From assembly GCF_964213995.1 (NCBI RefSeq), contig NC_135808.1, forward strand, positions 21,638,001-21,702,000: a stretch of DNA of 64,000 nucleotides, written 5' to 3'. Under the pieces are notes generated by a model, which had not been told where the DNA came from, searched no databases, and worked only from the letters and a program-made list of their open reading frames with translations. Below, one piece after another: positions 1-11,428 of this stretch. This stretch comes from Mustelus asterias (taxonomy: Eukaryota). Position 1 is the stretch's first letter, and each line of letters starts with the position of its first letter. A program made the translations under genes and the position numbers.

Positions 1-680
1 TGATCAAGAAGGCAAATGGGATGTTGGCCTATATCGCAAGGGGAATAGAATATAAAAGCAGAGATGTCTTGCTGCATCTGTACAGAGCATTGGTGAGGCC
101 GCAGCTGGAATACTGTGTGCAGTATTGGTCCCCTTATTTGCGGAAGGATATATTGGCCTTGGAGGGAGTGCAGAGAGTGCAGAGAAGGTTCACCAGGTTG
201 ATATCAGAGATGAGGGGTGTTGATTATGAGGAGAGACTGAACAGATTGGGTTTGTACTCGTTGGAATTCAGAAGGCTGAGGGGGGATCTTATAGAGACCT
301 ATAAGATATTGAAGGGGCTGGATAGGGTAGAGGTGGAGAGATTCTTTCCACTTAGAAAGGAAGCTAGAACTAGAGGGCACAGCCTCAAAATAAAGGGGGG
401 TCAGTTGAGGACAGAGTTGAGGAGGAACTTCTTCTCTCAGAAGGTGGTGAATCTCTGGAATTCTCTGCCCACCGAAGTGGTGGAGGCTACCTCGTTGAAT
501 ATGTTTAAATCACGGATAGATGGATTCCTGATCGGTAAGGGAATTAGGGGTTATAGGGTTCAGGCGGGTAAGTGGAACTGATCCACTTCAGATCAGCCAT
601 GATCTTATTGAATGGCGGGGCAGGCTCGAGGGGCTAGATGGCCTACTCCTGCTCCTATTTCTTATGTTCTTATGTTCTTA
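1..680 (+). mobile_element. CR1-clade LINE, 3' end of ORF2 plus 3' UTR
   Basis: ORF 21-581 has CR1 C-terminal motifs (LVRPQLEYCVQYWSP, RRLRGDLIETYKI, FFSQKVVNLWNSLP); ends in a (CTTATGTT)n tail at 661-680. Confidence 0.93.
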
Positions 681-1254
681 CGTCTCCTGCAGGCTCTATT
701 GGCCAATAAAATACATCTGGCAGTGAAGGCATTGAGCAGCAGAATCAGAACAAATGTAACCACAGGGGTAAGAATGCAGAGTAGGAGCATAACTGTGAAC
801 CAGACTCGTGATTCCAGAACATGGCTTTGTACAGAACAAAGCCAGGGGGCATTCCAAAGCCAATACTGATCCATCAACATAAAATACCACGTAGTATCCT
901 TTAAACAGTTCTGTACAGTCACCATTCTCAGAGCCAGAGCTGCAGTTTTCTCAGAACAATATATAACTTTCAGTCTTTGGTAACAGATGGCCACAAATCT
1001 ATCAAGGGTGCAAGTGGTGGTGAACCAGACAGAACAGTCTGTGGCTGCATAAAGCAGAATGTTGTGGAGGTTACAAGTAGGGATGGAGTACACAGAAATG
1101 AAATGTTTACTATAAACAATCGGAACGTGCCTCGGCATCAGGTTGATAAGAACAAGCAGTAGATCTGCCACTGCCATGGCCACCAGATAGCTTGTAACAC
1201 ATCTGGAGAGATTGCACTTTCCCCAAGAAAGGATCACAATTGTCACTACGTTAA
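681..1254 (-). pseudogene. Class A GPCR (GPR139/GPR142-like) gene A, exon 2, interrupted after TM5 by the CR1
   Basis: Acceptor tcacAG ends at 1255; reads VNVVTIVILSWGKCNLS..YLVAMAVADLL..DCSVWFT..LDRFVAIC..TM5; similarity stops at the CR1 tail at 680. Confidence 0.88.
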
Positions 1255-1374
1255 CTGTGAGGAAGAGATATAAACAGGGAAAATATATATCAGAATAGGA
1301 GCAGAATTACCAGTTTCAATAATTACTGGTTGAGATAAAAAATGTGTGTTACTGTGTCCAGTGATCTTTTGATT

Positions 1375-1845
1375 TATTTTATTCTTTCAGTGGATATGGG
1401 TGACACTGGCTTGGCCAGCATTTGTTGCCCATTCTAATTTCCCCTGAACTGAGTGGTTTGCTCGGCCATTGCACAGAGCTGTTAGGAGTCAACCACATTG
1501 TTGTGGGTCTGGAATCACACACAGGCCAGGCCAGGTGAGGATCATTGAATCACTACAGCACAGGAGGAGGTCATTTAGCCCATCCTGTCTGCACAAGCTT
1601 TCCAAAGGAACCAAAAGACGATAGCAGATTTACTTAACTAAAGGACATAAATGAACTCTATGGTTTTCTACAATCAATGACAGTCATCATGCTCACCGTT
1701 ACTGAGACTAACTTTACACTGGAGATGTTTATTAATTGATTTCAAATTGAATGAATTCTGATAGTTGGATTTGAACCTATTCCCTCAGACCATTAGCTTT
1801 ACCTCTGAGCTTCCAGGCCAGTGACATTATCACAGCACTACCATC
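1375..1845 (-). mobile_element. Degraded tRNA-derived SINE with L2-like tail
   Basis: Reverse-complement similarity to the 11064-11428 element (ggccagcatttgttgccc, tcaaccacattg, tggagtcac-like). Confidence 0.6.
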
Positions 1846-1972
1846 ACTGCAAGTGATTTACTATTTGTTTTTTTTTTACTTGGCCCTATGATCTATGCTT
1901 TCCCTGTGATATGGCACGAGTGCACCTCCACACATAATCAGGTGGGACATTGACCAAGCTGGTTAATAGATC

Positions 1973-2286
1973 GGCACGATGGCACAGTGGTTAGCACTGC
2001 TGCCTCACAGCACCGGGGACCCAGGTTCGATTCCTGGCTTAGGTGACTGTCTGTGTGGAGTTTGCACATTCTCCCCATGTCTGCAAGGGTTTCCTCCCAC
2101 ATTCCAGATATGTGCGGGTTAGGTGGATTGGTTGTGCTAAATTGCCCCTTCGTGTCAGGAGGACTACCTAGAGTAAATGAACTGAGTTATGGGATAAGGC
2201 CTGATTGGGATTGTGGCTGGTGCAGGCTCGATGGGCCGAATGGCCTCCTTCTGCACTGGAGGATTCTATGATTCTGGGATTCTATG
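1973..2286 (+). mobile_element. HE1/V-SINE family tRNA-derived SINE (CR1-type tail)
   Basis: Head GGCACAGTGGTTAGCACTGCTGCCTCACAG..GGTTCGATTCC (Pol III A/B boxes), V-domain TGTGTGGAGTTTGCACATTCTCCCC, tail GGGCCGAATGGCCTCCTTCTGCACTG-(ATTCTATG)n. Confidence 0.9.
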
Positions 2287-2479
2287 CTTCCTTAGCATAA
2301 TAGGAGTGAAAGCTGCATGTTCTGATCAGAGAACCTCTGCATATTGATGCTGCTGCACTAGTTAACCAGAGAGAAGACAACATCCAAACACTCATGGATC
2401 ATCTGCCCCATGCTTATGTTGTCATGTTCTCACTCACATTTGCTTCCAATGCTATGTTTTATTATAATTTTACAGGACG

Positions 2480-3200
2480 TGGATGCCATTGGCAACACGT
2501 GCATTTATTTCTCGGTGGAACGTGCTGTTGGGGTGTTATGAACAAGGCGTTGTGCATCACCCTTTGTTCTGACTCAACAACACAGGAAGTCGGCATCAAG
2601 TTCTGCTCTCTTGGATGCATGATGCCAGGTAACTTGATAAGATGCTCAATACACGTATTTATGAGGCAGGCACAAACATTGTCTGACTAACAAAATGGAC
2701 ACGGGAAGATCACTAACTGACCCATTGACCAAGATGGTTATTAACAAGACTTCAATCCTCCACACATTGTCGTTTTGCTGTGACGTCTGGGCAACTGGCA
2801 TCCACCAAGAACCAACTCTCCATTATGTCCAGCTTCAATGTCTACAACACATCCATGGCATTTGTGGAAAAACTAAGTCATCTATCAGCCCTCTCCAGGG
2901 CAACTATGCTGCCGTTAATCAAGTGATGAAGCATTCGCTGGTTTGGGCATGTGCATAGAGTTGAAGATGGTGCATCGTCAAGGATATGATGCTCAAGGAG
3001 GTAGCCCATGCCAAGAGAAGAGATATGTACAGCAGATGATCACATCTGTCCTGGCCAGAGATGACGTTTGCACCCTCACAATTACTGGCAGAGCTAAGGA
3101 TGGGAGCCTGAAGCCAATATTGAGTTGTACCTGTGGCCATCATATCTACTGGAGAGAGTGAGCACCATCCGATGAAAGCAATCATTAAATGGAAATTAAT
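2480..3200 (+). mobile_element. Old RTE-like LINE remnant
   Basis: Degenerate frames resemble the RTE C-terminus (IRWFGHVHRVEDG near 2933-2971); heavily mutated. Confidence 0.45.
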
Positions 3201-3355
3201 ATTTGGTATGTAGCAACGGTTGTGCAGTAACACTTTCTAAAAGATCCGATGAAGTTTTCTGCAGATCTGACGTTCTCCATCATGTCACAGTGAAAAGAAC
3301 TAAGTGATGAAGCAAATACTCAAGATAACAAGAAACATTATCAGTAATATCACTG

Positions 3356-3693
3356 CGGCACAATGGTTAGCACTGCTGCCTGACAACGCTAGGGGTGAAG
3401 GTTCAATTCCAGCTTTTGGTGACTGGCAAGGTAGGGTTCGTACATTCTCCCCGTGTCTGCGTGGGTTTCCTGTGGGTGCTCTGGTTTCCTCCCACACTCC
3501 AAAGATGTGCAGTTTACCTTAACTGGCCATGCTAAATTGGCCCTTAGTGTCGGGGGATTAGCAGGGTAAATATGTGGGATTACAGGAATCGGGCCTGGGT
3601 GGAATAGTTGTTGGTGCAGGCTGGAAAGGCCAAGTGGCCGCCTCCTGCACTGTTAGAATTCTATTCTATTCCATTCTATTCTATTCTGTTCTA
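3356..3693 (+). mobile_element. HE1/V-SINE (CR1-type tail)
   Basis: Same head and V-domain as the 1973 copy; (TTCTA)n tail. Confidence 0.85.
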
Positions 3694-3697
3694 TTGG

Positions 3698-3990
3698 GGC
3701 AGCACAGTAGCACAGTGGTTAGCACTGCTGCCTCACAGCACCAGAGACCCGGGTTCAATTCCAGCCTCGGGTCACTGTTTGTGTGGAGTTTGCAAGTTCT
3801 CTGCATGGGTTTCCTCCGGGTGCTCCAGTTTCCTCCCAAAATCTGAAAGACGTGCGGTTAGGTGCATTGGTCATGCTAAATTCTCCCTCAGTGCACCCAA
3901 ACTGGCGCCTCGTGGCGACTAGGGGAATTTCACAGTAACTTCAATGCAGTGTTAATGTACTAATTACTTGTGATTAATAAATAAACTTTA
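3698..3990 (+). mobile_element. V-SINE variant with alternative tail (tail B)
   Basis: HE1-type head but 3' half GTGGCGACTAGGGGAATTTCACAGTAACTTC..CTTGTGATTAATAAATAAACTTTA. Confidence 0.85.
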
Positions 3991-4330
3991 TTCTATTCTA
4001 CTTTTATAGGAGAAAGGGATCTGATGGAAGGGTATTTGTGGGACTCACATGTTGCAGGAAGCTTAGAATCTACTGCTTCAAAACAATAACTGGAATTCAC
4101 TCTCATAACAATATCAACACTTCAAGTAACATAGAACATTGCTGTGAAGTCAGAGATGGCAAACAGTGAGTAGGGTGACTGGAGCCACAAGAGCAAAATA
4201 TATCTATCAGTGATCACTTGGCCAGATGGGTTTCGAAAAGTCAACATCTATATGTTTTCCAGCAGAATTGGATTTCTGATTTCCAATCTTGTTAGGAGAT
4301 TCAAAGAATTTCCCAATTGCAAGAAGCAAA

Positions 4331-4651
4331 CATCATAGAATCCCTACAGTGCAGAAGGAGACCATTTGGCCTATCGAACCTGCACTGACAACAATCCCAC
4401 CCAGGCCCTATTCCCATAACCCCACATATTTACCCTCCTAATCCCCCTGACACTAAGGGACAATTTATCATGGACAATCAATCTAACCCACACATCTTTG
4501 GACTGTGGGAGGAAATCGGAGCACCCGGGGGAAACCCACGCAGACACGGGGGGGATGTGCAAACTCCACACAGACAGTCACCCGAGGCCGGAATTGAACC
4601 CGGGTCCCTGACGCTGTGAGGCAGCAGTGCTAACCATTGTGCCACCGTGTC
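4331..4651 (-). mobile_element. HE1/V-SINE (CR1-type tail)
   Basis: Full-length reverse complement of the family pattern. Confidence 0.9.
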
Positions 4652-4869
4652 ACGCCATGATCTCGGAGAAATGATTGAAGTGAAGATGTGCCATTCCTTG
4701 AGCTCAGAATGAATGGACTTCTGTGCAATAATTAAATCAAGTAACATTCAAACATTACACTCAAAAGAAAAAAGTTCACTGAATAAATGCAATAACTTTT
4801 TCAAATAAGGAGAATGTCCATACAGTGCGATCTAGTTCATAGAATGAGTGGCTGGATATGAAGACTTAC

Positions 4870-4951
4870 CAGGAACAGCAACAGCAGCAAGTAGAGGGTA
4901 GTACATGTTTTCTAAGTCAATGATGAAACAATACACCATCCACTGGTCCAT
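4870..4951 (-). pseudogene. GPCR gene A, coding exon 1 (N-terminus and first half of TM1)
   Basis: ATG at 4951; MDQWMVYCFIIDLENMYYPLLAAVAVP then G|GTAAG phase-1 donor that joins in frame to exon 2 (VP-V-N); the start could lie further upstream. Confidence 0.8.
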
Positions 4952-5325
4952 TTCAGTGGAAACGCTGATCCCTGTTAGTGTCGGAGGGGCTGCTCCAGCT
5001 GACACTAAGAGACATAGCAAGTTGAAAGCAACGTCTTATTCATAGAGAAGGGAAACTCTCCAAGGACACAGTCAGTTCCACTGAGACTGTCATTAATTAC
5101 AGTGACTGAACAAACAAGTTCAGTTAACCACTTTCAATCCGACACTTATTATCAGAGCATATATTTGTGTGAATGGTCCACAGTACACAATACTTTGAAA
5201 TGTCCAACACGTTCTCAGGTTGAATATAAACCAGGACAATTTACAATCTTTTTAGACAGTCTTCTGCCTTCTGAAGTAAAGGCTTGCTCCTTTGTGCTCA
5301 CAGATCCTAGGTACGCAAATGCCAA

Positions 5326-5880
5326 TTGTCACTATGTATAAGTTTCTACCTGTCCCTGGTGTTGCGAAGAATGGATCTGGCCAAGCTGCTGTGGAACGCT
5401 CCAGGTATTTGGACAGTGCGGTACCACCTGTCCATCATGGAAAGATTTAGGTGGAAAAATACCTTTGACCACAGGTCCATCAGGCAGTGGCCTGCACGTG
5501 ATGCCCTGGAGGACCTACGGGAAAAGGAGGTGGTGGATCCTGTCGGATGGTTCCCTGAGCAGACTGTCATCTGGCAAAATGCCTCATCATCAAAACTTTC
5601 AAACAAGCACCAAGACCTAGCTTGGCTGGTGGTGAGAAAAGCACTCCCCGTCAGATCCTTCCTCCACGCCCGGAGTATCATCCCATCTGCACGTTGCCCT
5701 CAAGGTGACTGTGGTGGGGAAGTGACTGTTGTCTACCTCCTTGTGGAATGGGCATTTGCAACGAAGGTCTGGAGAGAGATGATGGGGTTTTTGTCAAGGT
5801 TTATCCCCAGCAGTTCAGTGACACAGGACTCTGTGCTGTACAGGCTGTTCCCAGGGACACACTCTGAGACAAATATCTGC
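5326..5880 (+). mobile_element. Tx1-type (L1 clade) LINE ORF2 C-terminal fragment, 5' part
   Basis: LSNKHQDLAWLVVRKALPVR..ARCPQGDCGGEVTV zinc-finger-like region; continues at 9108 after the nested CR1. Confidence 0.75.
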
Positions 5881-8800
5881 TCCCGGTGTCTGGTGCAAGT
5901 GAGGCTCGGAACAGGGAGATTCTACAGTTGAACGCGTGGCTAAAGGACTGGTGCAAGAGGGAGGGTTTTAAATTCATAGATAACTGGGAAATCTTCAAGA
6001 CAGAATGGCAACTTTACAGAAAGGATGGGTTACACCTTAACTGGAAGGGAGCAAATATCCTGGCTGGGAGTTTTGCTAGAGTGTTTCGGCAGGATTGAAA
6101 CTAGTGTGGCAAGGGGGTGGGGAACAAAACAGTAGGTCAGTAAATACTGAGGCTGGGGTTGAGCTGGGGGCCAGGGCAAGGCTAGCTAAGAAGAGGAGCA
6201 CTCTGGAGGAGGAGGACCTGACTGGGCCTGGAGGTCTGGAGTGCATCTGCTTCAATGCGAGGAGCGTAACGGGTAAAACAGCCGAACTTAGGGCCTTAAT
6301 GCTTATGTGGAATTTGGATGTGGTTGCGGTGACGGAAACTTGGTTAAAAGAAGGACAGGACTGGCAGCTGAATATTCCGGGGTATAAGTGTTTTAGGCGA
6401 GACAGAGGAGGGGCTAAAAAAGGTGGGGGAGTAGCGATATTCGTTAAGGAGCATATTACCGCGATGCAGAGGGTAGACAACTTGGAGGGGTCATGTACTG
6501 AGTCGCTGTGGGTGGAACTCAGAAACAGGAAGGGTGCAGTCACTATGCTGGGGGTGTACTACAGACCACCCAACAGCCCACGGGAAGTGGAGGAAAGGAT
6601 ATGTCAGGAGATTCTGGATAGGTGCAGAAAAAATAGGGTTGTTGTAGTGGGGGACTTTAATTTCCCTGGCACAGACTGGAAAGTGCTTAGAGCTGGGGGT
6701 CCGGACGGGGAGGAATTTGTAAAATGCGTACTGGAAGGTTCTTTGGAACAGTATGTAGATAGCCCGACTAGAGAGGGGGCTATACTGGACCTAGTTCTGG
6801 GAAATGAGCCCGGTCAGGTCGTCAAAGTTTCGGTAGGGGAACATGTGGCAAATAGTGACCACAACTCTGTTAACTTTAGGATAGTAATGGACAAGGATGA
6901 GTGCTGTCCTACGGGCAGGGTGCTAAATTGGAGGAAGGCTGACTATAGCCGGATTAGGCAGGAATTGGTGGATGTTGATTGGGAGAGGATGTTCGAGGGT
7001 AAGTCCGCGTCTGGCATGTGGGAGTCTTTTAAGGAACTATTGATAAGGCTGCAGGATAGGCATGTGCCTGTCAAAAGGAAAGATAGGAAAGGTAGGATTC
7101 GAGAGCCGTGGATAACCAGGGAAATTGAGGATCTGATTAAAATGAAAAGGGAGGCGTACGTTAAGTCCAGGCAACTGAAAACAGATGGAGCTCTGGAGGA
7201 ATACAGAGAGAGTAGGAAAGAACTCAAACGGGGAGTTAGAAGGGCAAAAAGAGGTCACGAGATGTTCTTGGCAGGCAGGATTAAGGAGAATCCTAAGGCA
7301 GACTATTCATACGTTAGGAACAAAAGAGTTGTCAGGGAGAAAATCGGACCTCTCAGGGACAAAGGAGGGGAATTATGCTTAGAACCCAAGGGAATAGGGG
7401 AGATCCTAAATGAATACTTTGCATCGGTATTCACGAAGGAGAGGGGCGTGTTAACCGGGAGTGTCTCGGAGGGAGGTGTTGACCCGTTAGAGAAAATCTC
7501 CATTACAAGAGAGGAAGTGTTAGGTTTTTTAGGGAACATTAAAACTGACAAAGCCCCAGGGCCTGATGGCATCTATCCTCGACTGCTCAGGGAGGCGAGA
7601 GATGAAATTGCTGGGCCTCTGACGGAAATCTTTGTCGCTTCTTTGGACACGGGTGAGGTCCCTGAGGATTGGAGGATAGCGAATGTGGTCCCGTTGTTTA
7701 AGAAGGGTAGCAGGGAAAACCCAGGAAATTATAGGCCGGTGAGCTTGACGTCCGTGGTAGGGAAGTTGTTGGAGAGGATTCTTAGAGACAGGATGTATGT
7801 GCATTTAGAACGGAACAATCTCATTAATGACAGACAGCATGGTTTTGTAAGAGGGAGGTCGTGCCTTACAAATTTGGTGGAGTTTGTTGAGGAAGTGACA
7901 AAAATGGTTGATGAAGGAAGGGCCGTAGATGTTGTCTATATGGATTTCAGTAAGGCATTTGACAAATTCCCACATGGCAGGTTGGTTAAGAAGGTTAAGG
8001 CTCATGGGATACAAGGAGAAGTGGCTAGATGGGTGGAGAACTGGCTTGACCATAGGAGACAGAGGGTAGTGGTCAAAGGGTCTTTTTCCAGCTGGAGCTC
8101 TGTGACCAGTGGTGTTCCGCAGGGCTCTGTACTGGGGCCTCTGCTATTTGTGATATATATAAATGATTTGGAAGAAGGTGTAACTGGTGTAATCAGCAAG
8201 TTTGCGGATGACACGAAGATGGCTGGACTTGCGGATAGCGAAGAGCATTGTCGGGCAATACAGCAGGATATAGATAGGCTGGAAAATTGGGCGGAGAGGT
8301 GGCAGATGGAGTTTAATCGGATAAATGCGAAGTGATGCATTTTGGAAGAAATAATGTAGGGAGGAGTTATACAATAAATGGCAGAGTCATCAGGAGTATA
8401 GAAACACAGAGGGACCTAGGTGTGCAAGTCCACAAATCCTTGAAGGTGGCAACACAGGTGGAGAAGGTGGTGAAGAAGGCATATGGTATGCTTGCCTTTA
8501 TAGGACGGGGTATAGAGTATAAAAGCTGGAATCTGATGATGCAGCTGTATAGAACGCTGGTTAGGCCACATTTGGAGTACTGCGTCCAGTTCTGGTCGCC
8601 GCACTACCAGAAGGACGTGGAGGCGTTAGAGAGAGTGCAGAGAAGGTTTACCAGGATGTTGCCTGGTATGGAGAGTCTTAGCTATGAGGAGAGATTGGGT
8701 AAACTGGGGTTGTTCTCCTTGGAAAGACGGAGAATGAGGGGAGATCTAATAGAGGTGTACAAGATTATGAAGGGTATAGATAGGGTGAACAGTGGGAAGC

Positions 8801-9108
8801 TTTTTCCCAGGTCGGAGGTGACGATCACGAGGGGTCACGGGCTCAAGGTGAGAGGGGCGAAGTATAACTCAGATATCAGAGGGTCGTTTTTTACACAGAG
8901 GGTGGTGGGGGCCTGGAATGCGCTGCCAAGTAGGGTGGTGGAGGCAGGCACGCTGACATCGTTTAAGACTTACCTGGATAGTCACATGAGCAGCCTGGGA
9001 ATGGAGGGATACAAACGATTGGTCTAGTTGGACCAAGGAGCGGCACAGGCTTGGAGGGCCGAAGGGCCTGTTTCCTGTGCTGTACTGTTCTTTGTTCTTT
9101 GTTCTTTT
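5878..9108 (+). mobile_element. Young 5'-truncated CR1 LINE: end of ORF1 (SGNH esterase-like) and nearly intact ORF2 (APE endonuclease + RT)
   Basis: ORF1 tail DGLHLNWKG (5886-6098); ORF2 6095-8335 and 8332-9027 with VAVTETW, GDFNFP, SDHN, GVPQGSVLGP, FADD; one 1-nt deletion near 8318; (TTTGTTC)n tail. Confidence 0.96.
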
Positions 9109-9560
9109 GCTGTTGCTGGAAGATCATCAACTCGGTGAAAGACACTCTTTGGTCTGCCCGAATCTTGTTTATCTTCCAGTACAAGCCCTTCCAGCCCTTG
9201 ACTGAGTGCAGATGGGCACATTCCAAAGCTCAGGACTATGTGCTGAGGGACGCACTAAAGCTTGGGGCAGCTGCTGCAGAGGCGCAATGGGGAAGGTCGC
9301 TGTCTAAGACCTTTCAACCACCATGAACTGAGGGGAGCAGAACCTGCTCGGGCTGAATCACTCACTGAATGTACACAGTGAATATTTCATGTATCTCAGT
9401 TGTACTGAAGCACCTCAGAGTGCAACTTGTTCCATGTAGACAACCTTTAAAAATAACTTTGCAACATTTATAAGACCACTGTGAAATGTTTGAACCATTT
9501 CCTTTACTGTACTGAAGCATCTCAGAACGTTCCTTGATGTACGCAAAGAGCCTGAATATT
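9108..9560 (+). mobile_element. Tx1-type LINE 3' end, continuation of 5326-5880
   Basis: CCWKIINSVKDTLWSAR..QDYVLRDALKLGAAAAEAQWG continues the TNIC sequence broken at 5880. Confidence 0.7.
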
Positions 9561-9598
9561 ATTGCTTTTTGTGTGATGGTCATTTTGGAATGACCTCA

Positions 9599-9780
9599 TT
9601 CACCGAGTTGATGATCTTCCAGCAACAGCAAAAGAACAAAGAACAAAGAACAGTACAGCACAGGAAACAGGCCCTTCGGCCCTCCAAGCCTGTGCCGCTC
9701 CTTGGTCCAACTAGACCAATCGTTTTTATCCCTCCATTCCCAGGCTGCTCATGTGACTATCCAGGTAAGTCTTAAACGAT
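9599..9780 (-). repeat. 182-bp inverted duplicate of 8958-9139
   Basis: Reverse complement matches the CR1 tail plus adjoining Tx1 flank; one mismatch seen. Confidence 0.92.
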
Positions 9781-10552
9781 AAGGGAGGGGTGGGTGGGGG
9801 TGGGTTGACAGGACAGAGTGCCCAAGAGGTTGTTTAATTTGTAGGAGAATGGGGATGATGCCAGATTTTTGTTAAAAAGCCGATTACGGAACAGGAAAAG
9901 AGAAAACCACTTACAATATCAGCTAACATTGAAAGCAGGAAGGGACTCAGCCTGTGTACATCTGAGCAGCCTGCAGTCTGAGATGCTGGTCTTTGACATC
10001 TTGTGCTTTCTTACACCGGGTTTGATCTTCAGATGTGAGGATTACAGAATTGGGCTAATGGAGGTGGAGGGAAGCCAGCTCCATAATTGCAGGGAAATGG
10101 GGCAGCATCAGAAATTTTGTAACATAGACTGAAATACTTGGGGAATGGAAATGGAGTCCACTCAGGAAGCAGGCTGGGGAGGTATAGCTATGAGAGCCAG
10201 TGGGTTTACAGTAGAGATTGCAGAACTACCTAATCCCTGAAATGGAGGTAGAGAAGTCTCGGAGGGGAAGAGTTAATGGTGGGTCATATGGAGAGGAGGG
10301 CAGTGTGAAATTTATTGGAAAGGGATTCACATTTATTTCCTCCCAGTTCTGCTTGAAATAAGAAAATGGAATGAACACCATTATCAATCAAAACTGGTGG
10401 CATAAACTTGAACTTGTCTTTCCAGATTAACTGAGGAGACTTGATACAAAGCAATGATTTCACCCTGCAAAGCTGTGATCTTTCTATCAGATATAATGGC
10501 AGGAGTGGAGTGTATGTGGATCTCCAGAAGCCTGTTCAATTAGACAACCTCC

Positions 10553-10735
10553 TGGCACAGTGGTTAGCACTGCTGCCTCCCAGCTCCAAGGACCTGGGTT
10601 CGATTCCCGGCTTGGGTCACTGTCTGTTTGGAGTTTGCACATTCTCCCCGTGTCTGCGTGGGTCCCCTCCGGGTGCTCCAGTTTCCTCCCACAGTCCAAA
10701 GATGTGCGGGTTAGGTTGATTGGTGATGCTAAATT
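10553..10735 (+). mobile_element. HE1/V-SINE, 3'-truncated
   Basis: Head and V-domain present, tail absent. Confidence 0.85.
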
Positions 10736-10745
10736 TATTCAATTA

Positions 10746-11045
10746 CCAGGGGGCATAGGTTTAAGGTGCGAGGGGTAAGGTTTAAAGGAGATGTACGAGG
10801 CAAGTTTTTTTTTACACAGAGGGTGGTGAGTGCCTGGAACTCGTTGCCGGAGGAGGCAGTGGAAGCGGATATGGTAGTGACTTTTAAGTGACGTCTTGAC
10901 AAGTACATGAATAGGATGGGAATAGAAGGATATGGTCCCCGGAAGGGTAAGGGGTTTTTGTTAAGTCGGGCAGCATGGTCGGTGCAGGCTTGGAGGGCTG
11001 AAGGGCCTGTTCCTGTGCTGTAATTTTCTTTGTTCTTTGTTCTTT
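10746..11045 (+). mobile_element. CR1 3' fragment
   Basis: TRGHRFKVRG..FFTQRVV-type sequence and (TTTGTTC)n tail; same subfamily as 54290-56614. Confidence 0.85.
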
Positions 11046-11063
11046 ATCCCAATATTCAAGGGG

Positions 11064-11428
11064 AAGGTGATGGCCTAATGGTATCACTAGACTATTAATC
11101 CAGAAACTCAGCTCATGTCCTGGGGAGCCGGGTCCGAATCCCGCCACGGCAGATGGTGGAATTTAAATTCAATAAATAAAAAATATGGGATTAAGAATCT
11201 ACTGATGGCCATGAAACCATTGTCAATTTTCATTAAAACCCATCTGGTTCACTAATGTCCTTTAAGGAAGGAAATCTGCCATCCTTACCTGGTCTGGCCT
11301 ACATGTGACTCCAGGGCCACAGCAATGTGGCTGACTCTCAACTGCCCTCTGAGCAAGGGTAACTAGGCATGGGCAATAAATGGTGGCCAGCCAGTGACGC
11401 CCATGTCCCACGAATGAATTAAAAAAAA
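11064..11428 (+). mobile_element. tRNA-derived SINE with L2-like 3' tail
   Basis: tRNA-like head (TGGCCTAATGG..GGGTCCGAATCCC); last ~75 nt match the tail of the LINE fragment ending at 39240. Confidence 0.8.

Noticed and set aside
1983-2020. CACAGTG heptamers as V(D)J recombination signals
   Set aside because: Part of the SINE tRNA-like head; no nonamer at 12 or 23 nt spacing and no V, D or J segments
1973-2050. SINE heads as functional tRNA genes
   Set aside because: A and B boxes present but each runs into the SINE body; no complete cloverleaf evident
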